From positions 1 to 10,607 of the forward strand of contig CAZHPN010000196.1 in NCBI GenBank assembly GCA_964534375.1: a stretch of 10,607 nt of DNA, given 5' to 3'. Under the pieces are notes generated by a model. That model did not search any database. It saw nothing but the letters and a program-made list of their open reading frames with translations, and was not told where the DNA came from. Shown here one piece after another: positions 6,456 to 10,607 of the stretch. How positions within the stretch are numbered: the stretch's first letter is position 1; every line of letters starts with the position of its first letter. This DNA comes from an uncultured bacterium (GTDB taxonomy: Bacteria > Lernaellota > Lernaellaia > Lernaellales > Lernaellaceae). Both the position numbers and the translations under genes were made by a program.

Positions 6456-8399
6456 CTAAATCCATTCCGCGTTTGCCGCGTTCGACGCGCCGCCCCAAAT
6501 CGCGCCGGTCGCCGTGAGCGGATTGAGCGCCGGAACCTCGAGCGCTTCGGCCTCGGTTTCGCCGGTTTCCAAATCAAGGCTCGCGTTCGCCGTCGCCGCT
6601 TTCAGGCTGTACGGCACGGTCGGATCGTCGACCCAGACCCACAGGCCGCCGGGGGTCGGCCCCAGCCCGGCGGGAATGGTCGTCCGCACGCCGCCTTGCT
6701 GATCGGTGACGTTCACGCCGTAGCCCGGCGTTGGCGCCAGCCCCCACAGCGGCACGGCAATCTTGATCGTCGCGCCGTACTGCTGGCGCAGCACGTCCAT
6801 TTTCAGCGCGAAGTCCACGGCGTCCTCGGTGCGCCACAGCCACTGCGCTTCATACAACTCCTGCCGGTCGGTCAGCCCTTCCGCTTCCACATAGGTCAAT
6901 TCCGGCGGGAACCGTTGCCGATATTTGCCGGAGCGCGGACTGAAATTGTAGTCCACAAAAAGTTGTTTCAGCGCCCAACTCGCCGAATGGTCCGTGGCAT
7001 TGAACTTCTTGGGGTCGCTGTTATAGCGCGTCACGGGCAGCAGCCCCGCCGCCTGGTAGGCGTCCGAGTTGTAGAGCGGGTTGATCACGAGCTGCAACTG
7101 ATTCCCGACGACGACCAACATCATCCCGCACTCGCCGGCGAGCGTCGCGCAATGGCCGGACAGCAGTTTGTCCTTGCCGCCCTTATCGCCGCCGAGAAAA
7201 GCGCGGACCTGGTAGGGGCAGACGCCGGCCATCGAACCGCGCTTCCAATAGGCCGGAGCGCTGCTCCCTGACCCGGGCTGCCACGCCTGGCCCGCCGCGT
7301 TGTACGGCGTTCCGATCGTCTCGCCGATATATGGCGCCGGCAGGCCCGCGCGCACGAGAATGTCGAGCACGACCATCGCCGCGTCGCCGGTGGAAATGTT
7401 CCCGATGACGCTTTGCGCGTAAAAGACGTCGGACGGGTCGTATTTCTCCACCGTGCCCGGCGCCGTCGTCGCCCAGTTGCCATAATTGGCGACGATGAAA
7501 TCCGCGGCCGGATTGACGCAAGTGATAAACCCCGACTTCCGCGAGCCGCCGCCGTCGCATTTTTCGATCTGGCCGATCATCGCCGGCGCGCTGAGCAACG
7601 AGTCGCGGACGCAAGCGGCCGTGTCGCCCAGCGACAGCTTGCAGATCACCGGATACCCCGCGTTCGTCCACGGATCCATCGGCGCGGGCCAGACGGCTTG
7701 CAGCGGCGCGCCGTCCACGCCGCCGAAGCAGCCCAGCGGCGTCTGGAACTGCGCGCTGTCGTCCGTCCAGTCGCCGTAAACGATCTGCGCGGGCTTGTCG
7801 CGGGTATTTTTGCCGCCGAACTGCCCGCCATAGCCCGCCAGCAACGGCGCGACCTGCCACCAATATTTGTTCGGGAAATCGTAATCGTAATTCGCCGACC
7901 AGTGCGAAACCTTGAGGGCGATCGCGCCCCATTTCAACTCGAAACTCTCCTGCCCCATCGTGCCGCTGTACACGAGGTTGCGTAACGACAATACGGCCGG
8001 ATTCGGCGAGACGAGAAAAACGAACGCCTCGGAAAACAGGAACTCCCGGTCGCGAAGCACGGCCTGCCAAAACGCATCCGTCGGCGGCACGGCGATCTCG
8101 CAGGAAAACGTCGGCGGGACGAACTTCGGGAGCGGGTCGAGGTCCACTTTGCTGTCGAACTTCGGGGCCGACATCGCGCCGCCGTACTGGCCCACGGCGC
8201 GGGAATCCCCGCCGATCGACGCCAGCTCGGGAAAGGCCGCGGTTAGATCGTCGCCCAAGGCCCCGATCCGCGCCCCGCCGGGCGACGAAAAACGAAACGT
8301 ATCGTAGGCGAACGGCCCGGTTGCGTTGGCGTCTTTCCGCAGCAACAACACGACAAGGCATTGATATTGCGCGCTCAGAACGGCAGTTTCGTTGGCCAT
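6456..8399 (-). CDS. Putative phage tail tip hub/Tal-like protein (647 aa)
   Basis: Start reassigned to ATG 8399 (GGGGA RBS; the ORF-track N-terminus is repeat-derived). Ordered motifs PAQIVYGD, AAMVVLDIL, LAGECGMMLVVVGNQLQL, LFVDYNF and EAQWL resemble siphophage-type tail hub proteins; follows a Dit-like gene. Confidence 0.6.
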   Translation of the reverse strand: MANETAVLSAQYQCLVVLLLRKDANATGPFAYDTFRFSSPGGARIGALGDDLTAAFPELASIGGDSRAVGQYGGAMSAPKFDSKVDLDPLPKFVPPTFSCEIAVPPTDAFWQAVLRDREFLFSEAFVFLVSPNPAVLSLRNLVYSGTMGQESFELKWGAIALKVSHWSANYDYDFPNKYWWQVAPLLAGYGGQFGGKNTRDKPAQIVYGDWTDDSAQFQTPLGCFGGVDGAPLQAVWPAPMDPWTNAGYPVICKLSLGDTAACVRDSLLSAPAMIGQIEKCDGGGSRKSGFITCVNPAADFIVANYGNWATTAPGTVEKYDPSDVFYAQSVIGNISTGDAAMVVLDILVRAGLPAPYIGETIGTPYNAAGQAWQPGSGSSAPAYWKRGSMAGVCPYQVRAFLGGDKGGKDKLLSGHCATLAGECGMMLVVVGNQLQLVINPLYNSDAYQAAGLLPVTRYNSDPKKFNATDHSASWALKQLFVDYNFSPRSGKYRQRFPPELTYVEAEGLTDRQELYEAQWLWRTEDAVDFALKMDVLRQQYGATIKIAVPLWGLAPTPGYGVNVTDQQGGVRTTIPAGLGPTPGGLWVWVDDPTVPYSLKAATANASLDLETGETEAEALEVPALNPLTATGAIWGGASNAANAEWI

Positions 8400-8412
8400 T
8401 GATGTCCCCAAG

Positions 8413-8576
8413 GAAGGAACAAGAAACAAGGAAAAAGGAAAAAGTCAGCCCCGTGGCGCGGACCCGGGCGCCCGTTGGGGACCATCGGCCCCGTTTCGGG
8501 CGCGGTTCCCCTGACAACGAGTCGGCCCGTGCCGCTGGGCCCGACTTTTTCCTTTTTCCTTGTTCCTTGTTCCTTC
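8413..8576. repeat. Intact 164 bp hairpin element with heptamer-repeat inverted arms
   Basis: 34 bp arms 8413-8446 and 8543-8576 are reverse complements at 33/34. The GC-rich core is imperfectly self-complementary. The element fills nearly the whole intergenic gap. Confidence 0.9.
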
Positions 8577-8585
8577 TCGAAATTG

Positions 8586-9629
8586 TTACAGTCCCGGCGG
8601 GATCGGCGGCTGCGTGAACTCGATTTCGGTGTCGCCCTGGAACGGCACTTCGCCCGGCTTGAAGGTCAGGTCGCCCCGTTCGCCGTCGAACCAGGCGTAG
8701 TACGCGCGTTTGTTTTGGGGATAATCGTCGACCACCGCCGGATAGGGCGTAGTGAGACTGAGGTTCAACACCGGCACGCAGGTTGGCCGGCAGAAGATCA
8801 GCGCGCAGCGAGGGTGGTGGCACGAACGCCACAAATTCCGCAGCGCGAACCAATCGTCTTCGAGCATGTCCTGAAAACCGAGCTTGCCGGTTTCGCCGAC
8901 GCCGGGATTGACGGCAATGCGCCGGTTATCCAGCGTCGTCAGGGCCCCGGTGAGGTGCGCGCCGAACTCCGGACCGGTCGCGTATTGATATGTCGGTTGG
9001 ATCTCGTCGCCCGACAACGCCGTACCCGAGACAATGATCCGGCCGACCTCCAGGAAGTCGATCGGCTGAATCGGCGAGGCGCTTTGCACCACGATCCGCA
9101 GGTACTGCGCCAGCGTCGGCTGCGGGAACGCCAGGAAGATCGGCCGCGAACGGACGCCGACGTCCGGGCCGTAATTGTCGCTCGTCACCATCGACGTAAT
9201 ATCCCCGTAGAGATAATTCGCGCCGCCGAGCGAAGCGCCGACCGTCACCGACGGCAAGTACAACCGATGCCAATTGTAACCGATGATCGCCAGGTGCGAC
9301 AAAAACTTCTCGCTCTGGAAGTTGAGCTGGTAGACGATGGTGTACGTCACGGCCCCGCCCGGCGAAGGCAGTGTGGCGGGGACCGCGCCGGCGACGGTCC
9401 GCGACGTCACGGTCAAATCGTCGATTTGCACGGATGACGCCGGGAAATTCGGATCCTCGACGTTCGTATTCGTCGTGCCGTCCGTCGACCAGATGCTGCC
9501 CATTACCGTCGGCTGATCGCTGAGGAAATTCGCGCCGAAGATGACATTCGCATCCTTCGCGGGCGGCAAGGTGGGCGTCGGCGAACCCGGCGCCGGCCAA
9601 ATTCCCAGGCCGCGGGAAATAACGCTCAT
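8586..9629 (-). CDS. Putative distal-tail (Dit)-like phage protein with galactose-binding/F5-8C-type N-terminal domain (347 aa)
   Basis: EDPNFPASSV, LAIIGYN, AQYLRIVV and FLEVGRIIV follow the pattern of phage discoidin-like tail proteins. GGAG RBS lies in the end of the upstream gene (4 nt gap). Precedes the hub-like gene. Confidence 0.55.
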   Translation of the reverse strand: MSVISRGLGIWPAPGSPTPTLPPAKDANVIFGANFLSDQPTVMGSIWSTDGTTNTNVEDPNFPASSVQIDDLTVTSRTVAGAVPATLPSPGGAVTYTIVYQLNFQSEKFLSHLAIIGYNWHRLYLPSVTVGASLGGANYLYGDITSMVTSDNYGPDVGVRSRPIFLAFPQPTLAQYLRIVVQSASPIQPIDFLEVGRIIVSGTALSGDEIQPTYQYATGPEFGAHLTGALTTLDNRRIAVNPGVGETGKLGFQDMLEDDWFALRNLWRSCHHPRCALIFCRPTCVPVLNLSLTTPYPAVVDDYPQNKRAYYAWFDGERGDLTFKPGEVPFQGDTEIEFTQPPIPPGL

Positions 9630-9633
9630 GCCG

Positions 9634-10479
9634 CTACTCCAACGTAATCTGCGTGATTTGCGAGGCGTCGGTGGTCGGCTGCCCGGCGCTGTTCAGGAAC
9701 GTGCCCGTGATCGTTCCGCCGGCCGGCGTCGTCGCCTGCCAATGTCCGTACGTCGACGGCTGCGCCGGATCGAAACCCACTATCTTGATATCGGTCAGCA
9801 CGCCCGCGGCCGTCGCCGCGTAGGCCGCGGCGTTGCCGGCGGAGCTCTGCGCGGCCAAGACCACGTTTTGCGCGGGCGGGTTGAGAGAAACGATTCCGCC
9901 CGACGGCGCGACGCCGGCCAGCTCGTAGTTCCACACGTTTTCCGGAACGGCGGCCACCGCCGTCGCCGTCATCATGATATCATACGCCGCGGATGCGAGA
10001 TCGTCGGTGTTCGTCGGGTGGTAGCTCAGGTTGTCGGCGACGTTGGCGTCGGCGGCGACGATCATGAACTCGCCGAAGGCGAGCACGGCGCCGTCCGCCA
10101 CGCGGGTCAACGTCACGACGCCTTTGACATGATCCACCTCGAGCGCGGCGAACGGATCGTACGACCGCACGGCCGCGGGCGCATTCATGTAATAACTGCC
10201 GACGCCCAGGTCGATCCAATCGCCGGAACCGCTTGCCGGCGTTCCCGAGTAAAGCGCGCTCACCAGCGTGCTGCTGTGCTGCGCGGGGTCGACCGTCGTC
10301 CCGCCGGCCGACGGCGCGAAGGCCACCGTATTGCCCGGCGGCACGAGCTGCCACAGGGCGGTCAGATCGGCCGGAACCAAACCCGTCAGCGCCTGGCCGC
10401 TGGCCGGGTCGATCGGCGTCACGAGGATATACCCATACGTCGAGCCCGAGATGATCGCATTGTAGTCCCGAACGGCCAT
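9634..10479 (-). CDS. Hypothetical 281 aa protein, probably virion structural
   Basis: Start reassigned to ATG 10479 (AAGGA RBS; the upstream 20 codons translate a repeat). Ala/Thr/Gly-rich; GQALTGL..DLGVGSYY and AVPENVWNY resemble motifs of phage structural proteins. Function uncertain. Confidence 0.6.
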   Translation of the reverse strand: MAVRDYNAIISGSTYGYILVTPIDPASGQALTGLVPADLTALWQLVPPGNTVAFAPSAGGTTVDPAQHSSTLVSALYSGTPASGSGDWIDLGVGSYYMNAPAAVRSYDPFAALEVDHVKGVVTLTRVADGAVLAFGEFMIVAADANVADNLSYHPTNTDDLASAAYDIMMTATAVAAVPENVWNYELAGVAPSGGIVSLNPPAQNVVLAAQSSAGNAAAYAATAAGVLTDIKIVGFDPAQPSTYGHWQATTPAGGTITGTFLNSAGQPTTDASQITQITLE

Positions 10480-10496
10480 GATGAGATCCTTTTTTG

Positions 10497-10544
10497 TCCA
10501 CAGATTACGCAGATTGCTTAGCGCGGCCTTCGGCCGCAACCAAA
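10497..10544 (-). repeat. CAGATTACGCAGATT + GCGGCCTTCGGCCGC hairpin repeat family copy
   Basis: Reverse complement closely matches 448-485 apart from an extra 9 nt unit; lies 17 nt upstream of the 10479 start. Confidence 0.8.
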
Positions 10545-10545
10545 G

Positions 10546-10607
10546 CCCCTCACCCCTTCCCCCTCTCCCACGTCCTGGAGAGGGGAACCAAACCTCCCCT
10601 CTCCCCT
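10546..10607. repeat. CCCCTCACC..CCCTCTCCC..GGAGAGGGG REP-like element (truncated by window end)
   Basis: Stem CCCCTCTCC (10560-10568) / GGAGAGGGG (10577-10585), followed by the start of a second CTCCCCTCTCCC unit. Confidence 0.7.

Noticed and set aside
6317..8576. Integron attC sites separating cassette-like genes
   Set aside because: The hairpins lack RYYYAAC/GTTRRRY ends, occur in opposite orientations, and no integrase is present.
5832..10521. ORFs 5832-7271, 7183-8853, 8475-9437 and 9541-10521
   Set aside because: They overlap better-supported genes, run through repeats or the cassette boundary, and have shadow-frame composition.

Overview
GC-rich bacterial DNA. Most of the window is a minus-strand run of phage-tail-like structural genes: a 281 aa virion-type protein, a Dit-like protein with a galactose-binding/discoidin-type motif pattern, a Tal/hub-like protein, and two putative receptor-binding proteins that share three copies of one ~180-280 aa domain. 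The run ends head-on against a small Cys-rich lipoprotein gene. Almost every intergenic space holds REP/MITE-like palindromes or short tandem repeats. The clearest structural signal is a 2,211 bp, lower-GC, transposase-free cassette (4106-6316). It is bounded by 26 bp imperfect inverted repeats (22/26) and a perfect 10 bp target duplication (GCAAAAGTCA), and it has split one of the intergenic hairpin repeats. It carries a coupled three-gene operon: SDH/ClpP-fold serine protease, putative antitoxin and PemK/MazF toxin. This is a candidate protease-triggered toxin-antitoxin (possibly anti-phage) system. All family assignments come from motif recognition by eye; no database search was run.
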